This document shows positions 38,216-48,560 of a stretch of DNA of 64,000 nt, in pieces. The number at the start of each line of letters is the position of its first letter. Within the stretch, counting starts at the first letter, position 1. Position numbers and translations under genes: made by a program. Location of the stretch: positions 32,001 to 96,000 of the forward strand of contig CBDANQ010000059.1 of the NCBI GenBank assembly GCA_965197725.1, read 5' to 3'. A model generated the notes under the pieces. The model was given only the letters and a program-made list of their open reading frames with translations, made no database searches and had not been told where the DNA came from. This DNA is from Longimicrobiales bacterium (lineage in GTDB: Bacteria > Gemmatimonadota > Gemmatimonadetes > Longimicrobiales > Gaopeijiaceae).

Positions 38216-39942
38216 TTAGCTCGGGAGCCAGGCAAAGCGAACCTGGGCCAGATAGTTCGACCGGTCCTGATCCGTGAAATTGAAGCGCGTGACACGCTCG
38301 TATCCGAGTCGGACGGACGTGCGCAGGTCCGAGCCGGCGTGCTCGCGCGTCCAGTCGACGATGGCCCTGAGGCGGATCTCGTCGGGGTTGTCGGCCGTTC
38401 GTCGCCGGGGGATCTTGCCTTTTGGCATGGCCCAATCATCCCCGCTGTATCGCTCCCACGCGCCGGCAACGCTCACGACATCGAGCCGATCTCGCCAATC
38501 CAAGCCACCCTGCCACGATGTGGCGAGAGGACCGATCGCATACCCGATCAGACGTCCGCCGACGGTAAGGCCGTCGCGGAGCTGGTGATGAGTATGCGCG
38601 CGCATGCGCGCGGTGTGACCCTCGAGCCAAAGGTCGAGACGTCCCCTGCGGCCCCGCCCCACAGCCTTCATTCCGAGGGTCCAGGCGGCGTCGCCCCAGA
38701 AGGACTGAGTGTGACCGATTATTGTCACGTCCAGGTCGGTCGAGAGTCCCTCGAGGTAGAACTCCAGACCTTTGCCAGGCAACGTGACGCGTACGTCGCC
38801 CATAACGACCTTGTCCGAAATCTCCTCACCCTGAGGCCTGATGAGAAAGACGTCGAAGATTCGGTCCTTCACCGTTGCACGGGGGGCGCCTTCGCCTCCC
38901 TGGTTGTTCAGCAGGCTCAGGCCTATTTCCACGGACCGGCTGGGGCGTAGGCTCGCCTCGAAGACGATCAGTTTGCCGTGCCGTATCAGACGGTCGCCGC
39001 CTCTAGGTCTGCGATCCAAGCGGCTCCAGTGACGGACCCTAGGACTCCAAGAACCCAAGGAAGTCGTGCCGCGCGTTCGTGAGACACCCGCACCATGTCG
39101 AGTCCGCGAGCGTTGTGAGAGAGCAAGGGTCCGGCCAACCGGCCGTGACCGCTGGCGACGTGGTTCCGACCCACCTCTAAAGCCATTCCAGCGAATACAC
39201 CACGGACGTAGGCGTCAAGAAGTGTCGAGCCTTCGCCGCTGGACGTCCCGGTAGGGCGAGAATGCCACACGCGTGGTCGAACCTGGAGTGCCACTCGTGG
39301 AATGAGCTGAATATCGGCGGTCGCCTCACCCGCCCCCGTCCAGCCGTCGGCGAGGACACGACCCTGATTGCGCTCCAGCAGCGGGTTCAGGTCGCCTTCG
39401 ATGAGGCCCTCGTCGTAGCTAACCCGGATTGGCCGGGCCGGACTGTCTGCCGACGTCAGATCGAACGCCGCGGACCTTGCCGAGAAACCGGCGTCGGCGC
39501 GGCCGCACACATCGTCCGTCGCTTCGCACAGTAAGGATATCTCCTGCGCGAAGCGCGCCTCGAGACGGCTGAGCGCCTCGTAAAAGCGAGCTCGGCCTTC
39601 GTCGGAGCCATCCAATGCAGTGCGAGCATGTGCAGCGAAACGCGCAAAGGCCATGCGAGAATACGGACGCTGAGCCATCAAGGGCACCTCGACCAGGCCG
39701 ACGGCGAAGAGCGCGTCGAGGTCTGCGTAAGCCGGGTCGAGGTTGGGGACGTAAGGGGAGCTCTGGGCCGTGGCGTCCGCCGGGCTCAGGATCGCCACAC
39801 CGAGCAGTAGCACGAGAACGTTGTGGGCCCCGCGTACCGAGGAGACGACCCGAGCCCGGTGCTCTCTAGAATCCCGTCGCGAGACCTGGACTTGCGCGCC
39901 GATGTGCCCGTCTCCTTCCGCTTGGTCGTCGAGGAGGGTCAC
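38216..39942 (-). pseudogene. Capsule assembly Wzi-family outer membrane protein split by one frameshift
   Basis: ORFs 38986..39942 (QRPYSR, EVGRNH, LLSHNARGLDM) and 38216..39058 (ends in FAWLPS-type beta-strand) join near 39002. Confidence 0.7.
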
Positions 39943-40904
39943 CTCCGGGATCCGGCCGGCGAAAACCGCCGCTCATCCCACAGCCGATCTACGAGGCCGG
40001 CGACCACCCGGACTCGATGGCGCAAGGCCTCAATGACCGCCGGGCTTCGGGCCGATATGTCGGTCCGCTCTCCGGGATCCGCAACCAGATCGTAGAGCGC
40101 CCACCGTTCCGCCGCCTGAGACTCAATGTACTTGAAGCGACCCTGCCGCACGCCTTTCAAGCGAAGGTGGAATGGATTCGAGAGATATACGGAACGGCCC
40201 GTAACGACCCGGCGGAGGGATGTACCGACCGCGTGATTCCGGCCGGTCAGGCCCACGATGTCCATCAAGGTCGGGAAGAGGTCCACCTGGCTCCCCACGG
40301 CGTCGATGCGAATCGGCCCGTGCACACGCCCGGGAGCCCATATGAGAAGCGGCACCCGGAACGACTCCTCATAGAGGTGGCGAACGGGCATGAAGTTCTC
40401 GTCGTGCTCGCCCATCGGCACCCCCGTGTCGCCAAGTACCACCAACACGGTGCGCTCCGAAAGCCCGGCAGCGTCCAAGAGCGCGATAAAGTGGCCCAGC
40501 GCCTGGTCCGAGTACGAGAGCGTACCCAGGAAGTCGCCGTCCTCTCCGTCGGGACGGGCGCGAGGGCCAGTCGGCTCGAACCCCTCGGGTAGTTGCCAGG
40601 GATGGTGGTTCGAGATCGTGAACGCGGTAACGAACCCCGTGCCGCCCTCCTCGTCGTGGGCGGCAAGCCAAACCGCGATGTCTTCCATGAGCCATGGGTC
40701 GTCGACGCCCCAGCTACCGCGGGTCGCCTCCGGATACCGTCTGGCCATCTCCTCGCCGCCCCTGATTGTCGGGAACCCGTGCACCCCGAAGAACTCGGTC
40801 TGAAGCTCGAAATCGAGTGGACCATTGTGAAAGTAAGCGACCTGATAGCCGGCTGTACCCAACACGTCCTGAATTCCTATCAGGGGGTATCCCACGTCGT
40901 CGCT
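39939..40904 (-). pseudogene. C-terminal part of an LTA-synthase/sulfatase-family protein, fused in frame to a transposase
   Basis: WGVDD, TISNHHPW, YSDQALG, VVLGDTG, RVPLLI, SQVDLFPT and LYDLVADPGE motifs; membrane N-terminus absent. Confidence 0.75.
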
Positions 40905-42110
40905 CTGCACGGCACGGGGGGTTCCAACCCCGAACCGCTTGCGCATGAGAAGGCCGAGGTTGAAGGCCGCCGCGTGGATCAACATCCGTTTTCGAATCTC
41001 CTCCTGGCCCCGTATGTGGACGCGACGCAGCCCTCCGGTCACAAGCAAGTGCGCAAACCCCCGCTCCACCTTCTCGCCGCGCTGGCGCAGCAGCCGCATC
41101 CCCCGGTTGCCGCGGATCCGGCGGCGGTTGTCGTAGGTCGGCGTCTGCGCGTCCCGGTTGTTCTTCCATTTCCGGCGCCCGCGGTTGGGCTCGCTCACAT
41201 AGCTGCGCAGCTCCCGCTCCTTCACGCCCGTCATGGTCTTGTTCGAGTGGTAGCCTTTGTCGGCCACCACTTCCTCGGGCTCTACCTGCACTACTTCCAG
41301 CTGCCGCTCTGCCTCGTCCAGCGTGTTGGGCAGCGACGCCACATCTCCCCCGTCCATCGTCTGCACCGTCACCGCCACAAGCGCACCGGTCTCCATGTCG
41401 ACCGCCTGCTCCAACTTGTGCGCCAGGCGCGTCCTGCCGTCCTTCATCTTCGTGATCCGCGCCTCCGGGTCGTGCGGATGCACCCAGTCCTTGTTCGAGC
41501 CCTTCTTCGGACGCTTCCGGTCCAGCGTCGTCAGATCCTTGCGCGTCGGCGTCTCGATCCCCGACGCCCGGGCCACCTGCTCCAGCCATTCATCGTAGCC
41601 CAACCCGTCGTCGCGCCGCACGATCGTGCGCATCGCCGCATTCGCCTCCAGCGTCGTCGAGTCGACGCCCAGCGTCTTGCCGCTCAGCAACCCCGACCCC
41701 TTCAGCAGCTCCAGCACCCGCCCGAACACCGCCGCGTGCGCTTCCACGCTCAGGCGCTTGCGCGTCTTCGACAGGGTCGAATGCTCCGGCGGGTTCTTCG
41801 CCCACCCGTATCCCAGAAACTCACGCAACGACAACGAGTCCCCACACCGCCAGGCAATGCCCCGCTCCGAGCCGATCCCTTCCAGGTAGCCCACCATCAT
41901 CATTCGGAAATACACCCCGGGAGCAATCCCCGGCCGACCCCGATTGTCCGCGTAGAACTCACGGCATGCCTCTTCCGCGAACTCGTCAAACCCGCTTTTC
42001 GCCAGAAGCTCGTTCAAGGCCCGGTAGAACGGGTTGTCCAAGGCCCGAATCTCGCTCGCCACCACGAACATCTCGCCCTGCCGAGCCTCGGGCCGCTTGC
42101 CTACCGCCAT
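40905..42110 (-). CDS. DDE transposase (DUF772 + DDE_Tnp_1-like); frame continues into the sulfatase remnant to 39939
   Basis: GRPGIAPGVYFRM, SERGIAWRC, PEHSTLS, GVDSTTLEANA, DPEAR, VADKGY, VERGFAH and AAAFNLGL motifs. Confidence 0.88.
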
Positions 42111-42187
42111 CGCCGTCCTCGCTGCAAAAACCCTCGTGTCCTCCTGATTTAACACAACAGCGATGACCGGACTTTATCCACGGTCTG
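40905..42187 (-). mobile_element. IS element (IS1182/IS5-like DDE) with one end missing
   Basis: Begins next to CTAG (42188-42191) that interrupts the upstream gene; carries the transposase; no distal end or transposase stop codon found. Confidence 0.75.
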
Positions 42188-42887
42188 CTAGCGTTTCGTG
42201 CCAAAGCTCGAGCGTGTAGCTCCCCGGCGGGATCCCGGAGATCCGGACGAAGCCGAGCTCGTCGGAAACCGCGTGAAAGGGGTGGACATCAACTCGAATG
42301 TAGGCTCGCATCCAGCCATGGACATCACACAACACCGCGATTATCCCCGGACGCCGGAATACTCGGGAGACGGTCATTCCCTCCGCCGGCAGAGCTACGT
42401 TGGACCTGAGGGGACCGTAGTAATGAGTGGTATGCATGACCGGGTCACTGTTCCTCGCCACGATCGTGTCCCCTACCCTCGCTACGGCCACGTGCGGAAG
42501 GAACTGACATTCGCGGTTGTCGATTACGAGCCTTTGCGGGGGTCCCGCAGCAACCGCAACCGCGGGGACGTCGAGCAATGCCGCGATCACATGCTGGACG
42601 CCTCGGGTCTCCGCCGACACCAACAAGTCATCGAGGCTGTGTTCGAGACCGCATGCCTCTGGGTCCGTCGTATTCCGTACACGTGTTGATGCTGGCAACG
42701 ACTTACCTGCGAGACGCACGAAACCCTCCAATGCACCCGTCGGGCTCACCTGAGTTTGTTCGGGCTCGGCTGAGGAACCACGCTGCGCGGGCTGGCCATC
42801 ACCACACGCGGCTAGAGGAATGAAGAGCATGAGAAACAGACACGCTCTGTTCCGGCGCACGCTCACTCCCACCGTCAAGAGACTCAA
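42174..42887 (-). CDS. Lipoprotein with cupredoxin-like/carboxypeptidase-regulatory-like domains, C-terminally truncated by the IS
   Basis: LAAC lipobox, CQFLPHV, NSDPVMH, CDVHGWM, IPPGSYTLELWHETL; the final ADRG* comes from IS sequence. Confidence 0.7.
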   Translation of the reverse strand: MSLLTVGVSVRRNRACLFLMLFIPLAACGDGQPAQRGSSAEPEQTQVSPTGALEGFVRLAGKSLPASTRVRNTTDPEACGLEHSLDDLLVSAETRGVQHVIAALLDVPAVAVAAGPPQRLVIDNRECQFLPHVAVARVGDTIVARNSDPVMHTTHYYGPLRSNVALPAEGMTVSRVFRRPGIIAVLCDVHGWMRAYIRVDVHPFHAVSDELGFVRISGIPPGSYTLELWHETLADRG

Positions 42888-43106
42888 TTCGTCGACTGTA
42901 GCGCGTCAGTGGACGTAGGGAGCTGTCGCATGTGATTATTCCCTGCCCTGATAGGCGGTACGAACTCCTCAACCCAGTCGCAGGGCAGCGCGGGTGACCG
43001 ACGAGTCGCAACCAACACCGCTGGCCGGTGGTTCAGTGGCGTATCACCACCATCATATGGTGCACTCCGGAGCCATGCACCAGCTTCCATAGCGGTAGTT
43101 GACGAC

Positions 43107-43162
43107 TGAATCGCCCCGGGTTTACCGGGGACCCGGTTTTCGTGAGTGTCACCAGCGATTCA
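43107..43162. mobile_element. Solo IS3-family (IS51-group-like) terminal inverted repeat remnant
   Basis: tgaatcgccccgggtttaccgg resembles TGAACCGCCCCGGG-type IS3 ends; the segment closes with gcgattca; no transposase follows. Confidence 0.5.
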
Positions 43163-43210
43163 CCGCCCTCTCGGGGCCACGAGGACCATGCCGTCGGACG
43201 CTTTTAACCC

Positions 43211-43239
43211 TTTACGCCTCCGGAGACGGGAGTTAGCTT
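43211..43239 (+). promoter_or_regulatory. Candidate sigma70 promoter for the tRNA-tuf operon
   Basis: TTTACG-17 bp-TAGCTT in an AT-richer patch 120 bp upstream of tRNA-Tyr. Confidence 0.4.
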
Positions 43240-43259
43240 TTTAAGCTTGTTCGTAAAAG

Positions 43260-43290
43260 GCCGCCTCAGTTGCCTGGGGGCGGCTCTTTT
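43260..43290 (+). terminator. GC hairpin plus U-tract upstream of tRNA-Tyr
   Basis: gccgcctcag-ttgc-ctgggggcggc-tctttt. Confidence 0.45.
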
Positions 43291-43358
43291 CCGCATCTGG
43301 GAGGTCGTGCGGAGAGGTCGGCCGGGCGCCCCGACGGGACGGTTCGGGTGCGAGAGCC

Positions 43359-43440
43359 GGTGGGGTACCGAAGCGGTCAAACGGGGCAGACTGTAAATCT
43401 GCTGGCATAGCCTTCGGAGGTTCGAATCCTCCCCCCACCA
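43359..43440 (+). tRNA. tRNA-Tyr(GTA)
   Basis: Acceptor stem ggtgggg/ccccacc, anticodon loop ctGTAaa, long variable arm, GGTTCGAATCC. Confidence 0.96.
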
Positions 43441-43482
43441 CTTCGTGACTCGCTGGCAGATGAAAAACGGAGGGGAGGCGCT

Positions 43483-43556
43483 GCGGGAGTAGCTCAGTTG
43501 GCTAGAGCATCAGCCTTCCAAGCTGAGGGTCGCGGGTTCGAGTCCCGTCTCCCGCT
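43483..43556 (+). tRNA. tRNA-Gly(TCC)
   Basis: Acceptor stem gcgggag/ctcccgc, anticodon loop ctTCCaa, GGTTCGAGTCC. Confidence 0.96.
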
Positions 43557-43589
43557 TGCAGCGAAGCGGTTGCTGTGAAGAATCGATGC

Positions 43590-43661
<72 letters not shown>

Positions 43662-43713
43662 TGCTGCCGTACTCGGTAGCACAAAAGACACGACCCGATT
43701 CAGAGAGACAGCG

Positions 43714-44907
<1,194 letters not shown>

Positions 44908-44920
44908 GGGGTTATAGCTT

Positions 44921-45245
44921 AGGGTTTCGACGAGAAACGGGTTCCTCTCCGCGAAAGGGCTAGCGCAACATCGCTGCGAGGAACCCGTTCCCCGACGAAC
45001 CCTGGACATATCAGGAAACAGTGGCAACAGGCCGCTCGGGTCGGGTTACCTGCCGGTCGTGGGGGACTCCGGCTCCACCGCAATGCGGATGAGTCGGGGC
45101 ACGGGGAACACGAGTTTGTATGAAGACCAAGACGGTGGTGCAACCACCGTGCAGAAGAGAGAGGCAGGCGGAATAAGTAAGAAGACGGGATACACTAGCG
45201 GCCGAACGGCTGAGCAAGAGCGGGGGACGGGACCACGGTCCCCCT
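44921..45245 (+). other. Structured intergenic region (several hairpins) between tuf and rpmG
   Basis: 12-bp stem 44936-44947/44978-44989 inside an outer stem 44921-44926/44998-45003; further hairpin at 45132-45150. Confidence 0.5.
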
Positions 45246-45267
45246 TCACAAGAGCAAAAGAAAAGAG

Positions 45268-45417
45268 ATGCGCGACAAAGTGATCCTTGCCTGCCAGGAG
45301 TGTAAGGAGAGGAACTACAACAAGACGAAGAACAAGCGTCTTCATCCCGAGCGCATTGAGCACCGGAAGTACTGCCCGCGATGCCGGACGCACACGCAGC
45401 ACAAGGAAACGAAGTAG
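45268..45417 (+). CDS. rpmG: 50S ribosomal protein L33 (Zn-ribbon form)
   Basis: Manual translation [49 protein letters not shown]; too short for the ORF track. Confidence 0.96.
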   Translation: MRDKVILACQECKERNYNKTKNKRLHPERIEHRKYCPRCRTHTQHKETK

Positions 45418-45419
45418 CG

Positions 45420-45632
45420 ATGGCTGTTGTCGAGAAAATCAAGGAAACGAAGACCTTCGTCGGGGAGTGTTGGATCGAGCTCCAGAAGGTGACGTGGCCT
45501 GACGCGGATCAGCTCAAGAGTGCGACGATCGTGGTCGTGGCCTTCACCATCGTGGTCTCGCTCATCATCTGGATGATGGACAAGTTCTCTGGTTGGGTTG
45601 TGGAGATGATCATGGGGATTTTCGGAGCCTGA
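45420..45632 (+). CDS. secE: Preprotein translocase subunit SecE
   Basis: ELQKVTWP plus one transmembrane helix; lies between rpmG and nusG. Confidence 0.93.
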   Translation: MAVVEKIKETKTFVGECWIELQKVTWPDADQLKSATIVVVAFTIVVSLIIWMMDKFSGWVVEMIMGIFGA

Positions 45633-46186
45633 TGGCTGAGGCTGCGGCGGATACGCGCTGGTACGCGATCCAGACCTATTCCGGGCACGAGAACAAGGTC
45701 CAGCGGCTCGTTGAGCGGCGGATCGAGGATGAGCCGGGCGAGGGGGACGCGCAGGAGATCCGCGAGGTTCTGGTCCCGACGCAGGAAGTGACCGAGATCC
45801 GCAACGGGAAGCGTGTGACCGTCACGAAGCGACTTTACCCCGGCTATGTGCTGGTCGAGATGGTTTTGAACGAACGGACCCAGTACGTGATCAACAACAT
45901 CCAGGGCGTGATCAAGTTCGTAGGGCAGGGGCGTGCACCTCAGCCGCTACGCGAAGAAGAGATCAACAAGATTCTCGGCGTCGAGGTCACGGCCGAGACT
46001 GAAGACCGCGAGGAGATCCTCTTCCACGTGGACCAGGTCGTCGAAGTCACGCAGGGGCCGTTCACCGACTTCAGTGGAACGGTTCAGGAGGTGTACGCCG
46101 ACAAGGGGAAGGTCAAGGTCGAGATATCGCTGTTCGGTCGGCCAACCTCCGTCGAGCTCGATTACACGGATCTGAAGGGTTATTAG
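45632..46186 (+). CDS. nusG: Transcription termination/antitermination factor NusG
   Basis: WYAIQTYSGHENKV, YPGYVLVEM, KOW motif GPFTDFSG, FGRPT. Confidence 0.97.
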   Translation: MAEAAADTRWYAIQTYSGHENKVQRLVERRIEDEPGEGDAQEIREVLVPTQEVTEIRNGKRVTVTKRLYPGYVLVEMVLNERTQYVINNIQGVIKFVGQGRAPQPLREEEINKILGVEVTAETEDREEILFHVDQVVEVTQGPFTDFSGTVQEVYADKGKVKVEISLFGRPTSVELDYTDLKGY

Positions 46187-46189
46187 ACG

Positions 46190-46615
46190 ATGGCGAGAAA
46201 AGTCATTGGCTTCATCAAGCTTCATGTGCCGGGTGGCCAAGCCAACCCGGCGCCACCGGTCGGTCCCGCTTTGGGCCAACACGGTGTCAACATCATGGAG
46301 TTCTGCAAGCAGTTCAACGCCAAGACCCAGGACAAGCAGGGCATCACGATCCCTGTGGAGATCACTGTTTACGCGGACCGGTCCTTCTCGTTCATCACCA
46401 AGACGCCGCCGGCGTCGGTGTTGATCTTGCGCGCGATCGGTCTGCCTAAGGGCTCTGGTGAGCCCAATCGCGAGAAGGTCGGGAATATCTCCCGGGCGCA
46501 GCTCGAAGAGATTGCGTCGACCAAGATGGAAGACCTCAATGCCAACGACATGGACACCGCCGTGCGGATGATCGCCGGCACGGCCAGATCGATGGGTGTG
46601 GAAGTGGAGGGGTAG
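46190..46615 (+). CDS. rplK: 50S ribosomal protein L11
   Basis: [15 protein letters not shown] and AGTARSMG motifs. Confidence 0.98.
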   Translation: MARKVIGFIKLHVPGGQANPAPPVGPALGQHGVNIMEFCKQFNAKTQDKQGITIPVEITVYADRSFSFITKTPPASVLILRAIGLPKGSGEPNREKVGNISRAQLEEIASTKMEDLNANDMDTAVRMIAGTARSMGVEVEG

Positions 46616-46690
46616 CAGGCACCGACCCCGCCCAGACCACCGGCTGTGAGCCGTCACACGGTGGGAGGGTTCACGAACGGCTCGTAAAAG

Positions 46691-47389
46691 ATGGCTACAA
46701 CAGGCAAACGTTACGTTTCCGCGCGCTCCGGCGTCCCGGTGGGCGTCAAGTTCGCTCCCGACGAGGCGGTCAAGCTCGTCAAGGAGCTCGCGTTCGCGAG
46801 GTTCGACGAAACCGTCGAAGTCGCGACCCGACTCGGGGTCGACCCTCGGCAGGCGGACCAACTCGTGCGCGGCACCGTCGTTCTCCCTCACGGGACCGGC
46901 AAGGCCGTGCGCGTTCTTGTCATCGCCGAGGGTGAGAAGGAGACTGAGGCAGCAGAGGCCGGCGCGGACTATGTGGGTGTCGAGTACCTCGAGAAGATCC
47001 AAAGTGGATGGCTGGATTTCGAAGTCTGCGTGGCGACCCCGGACCTCATGGGCAAGGTCGGCCCGCTGGGCCGGGTGCTCGGTCCTCGTGGCTTGATGCC
47101 GACCCCCAAGGCAGGAACGGTGACGTTCGATGTCGGTCGCGCCGTCGGGGAGATCAAGGCGGGTAAGATCGAGTTCAGGGTCGACAAGACCGGAAACGTA
47201 CACGCGCCGATCGGGAAGGTGTCGTTCTCGGAAGATCAGTTGAGGGACAACCTGGGCGCCTTCATGGACCAGATCGTGCGTTCGAGGCCCTCCGCAGCCA
47301 AGGGCACGTACCTCAGGAGCGTGACGGTCTCCAGTACCATGGGACCGGGCGTGGCCATCGACCCGAACCTGTACCGTAAGGGGGCCTGA
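46691..47389 (+). CDS. rplA: 50S ribosomal protein L1
   Basis: [26 protein letters not shown] and STMGPG motifs. Confidence 0.98.
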   Translation: MATTGKRYVSARSGVPVGVKFAPDEAVKLVKELAFARFDETVEVATRLGVDPRQADQLVRGTVVLPHGTGKAVRVLVIAEGEKETEAAEAGADYVGVEYLEKIQSGWLDFEVCVATPDLMGKVGPLGRVLGPRGLMPTPKAGTVTFDVGRAVGEIKAGKIEFRVDKTGNVHAPIGKVSFSEDQLRDNLGAFMDQIVRSRPSAAKGTYLRSVTVSSTMGPGVAIDPNLYRKGA

Positions 47390-47916
47390 TGGACCGCGCG
47401 ACGAAAGAGGGTTTCGTCTCGGATCTCCGTGACCGCATCAGCAGGGCGCCAGTGGTCTACCTGACGGACTTCACGGGGCTCGACGTGAAAGCGATGACGC
47501 TGCTGCGTCGGTCCATCAAGGCGTCGGGTGCCGAGTACCTCGTCGTCAAGAACCGTCTCGCCAAGCGAGCCTTCGCGGAGACGGGGCTTCCGGACATCTC
47601 GGAGAGTCTCGAGGGGCCGACGGGGATGGTGTTCGGGTACGAGGACGCGGTGGCGCCTGCCAAGGCGCTCAGCGACTTCGCGAAGGCCCACGACAAGAAG
47701 CCGGTGTTCAAGGTCGGGATCATGGACAACGAGATCCTGCGCGCTGAGCAGGTGGACGCGATCGCGAAGCTGCCGTCGCGGGACGTGCTCTATTCGATGC
47801 TTGCCGGCGTGTTGGAGGCCCCGATGGCTGCTCTTGCGAGCGCGCTCGAGGCCAAGCTTCAGGAGACGGCCGGACTCATCGATGCCCTCAGAGAAGAGCG
47901 CGAGAAGACACGCTGA
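47389..47916 (+). CDS. rplJ: 50S ribosomal protein L10
   Basis: DFTGLDV, VVKNRLA, GPT and LPSR motifs; start overlaps the rplA stop. Confidence 0.96.
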   Translation: MDRATKEGFVSDLRDRISRAPVVYLTDFTGLDVKAMTLLRRSIKASGAEYLVVKNRLAKRAFAETGLPDISESLEGPTGMVFGYEDAVAPAKALSDFAKAHDKKPVFKVGIMDNEILRAEQVDAIAKLPSRDVLYSMLAGVLEAPMAALASALEAKLQETAGLIDALREEREKTR

Positions 47917-48021
47917 GCGGCCGGATCCCGGGCACCAGGGGGACGCGGGCGTGTCCCGGTAACAAAAAGGTCAACCCAATCGCCGGCAGATAGCCGGGTG
48001 AATCAGGAGGAAGCAGGAACC

Positions 48022-48402
48022 ATGGCGACGAATCACGAAGAGCTGCTCGAGACCATCGGCAACATGACCGTTCTCGAGCTGTCGGAGTTCGTTGACGCAT
48101 TCAAGGACAAGTTCAACGTCACGGCGATGGCGGCTCCGGTTGCGATGCCGGCCGCGGCCGGTCCGGGGGCTGACGCTGCCGCCGAGGAGAGGGACGAATT
48201 CGACGTCGTTCTCGAGGGAGTCGGCGACAAGAAGATCCAGGTTATCAAGGTCGTGCGCGAGCTCACCAGCCTCGGTCTCAAGGAGGCGAAGGAGCTCGTA
48301 GATGGTGCTCCGGGCACGATCAAAGAAGGTGCGACCAAGCAGGAGGCCGAGGAGATGAGAGCCAGGCTCGAGGACGTCGGCGCCGCAGTCGCGCTCAAGT
48401 AG
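48022..48402 (+). CDS. rplL: 50S ribosomal protein L7/L12
   Basis: [14 protein letters not shown] and [23 protein letters not shown] motifs. Confidence 0.98.
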   Translation: MATNHEELLETIGNMTVLELSEFVDAFKDKFNVTAMAAPVAMPAAAGPGADAAAEERDEFDVVLEGVGDKKIQVIKVVRELTSLGLKEAKELVDGAPGTIKEGATKQEAEEMRARLEDVGAAVALK

Positions 48403-48560
48403 AGCGCTGGGTTTGCAGCCTGCCTCAGGGCAGCGAACGCGAACCTGACGACTGCGCCCGCGCCGCCGCGTGGGTCGCAAGTGATCGCGTGACAACATGG
48501 GATAGCCAAACGCAACGCTGCTCACCCGTTGTCAGGGTGAGCCGTTAAGGGGGACGTACG

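Noticed and set aside
37900..43200. tRNA-anchored integrative island
   Set aside because: No integrase and no duplicated tRNA 3' end; the patch lies 5' of the tRNA genes and is better explained by IS activity.
44908..45420. tRNA-Trp expected near secE
   Set aside because: No cloverleaf, CCA-anticodon arm or TTC T-loop could be identified.
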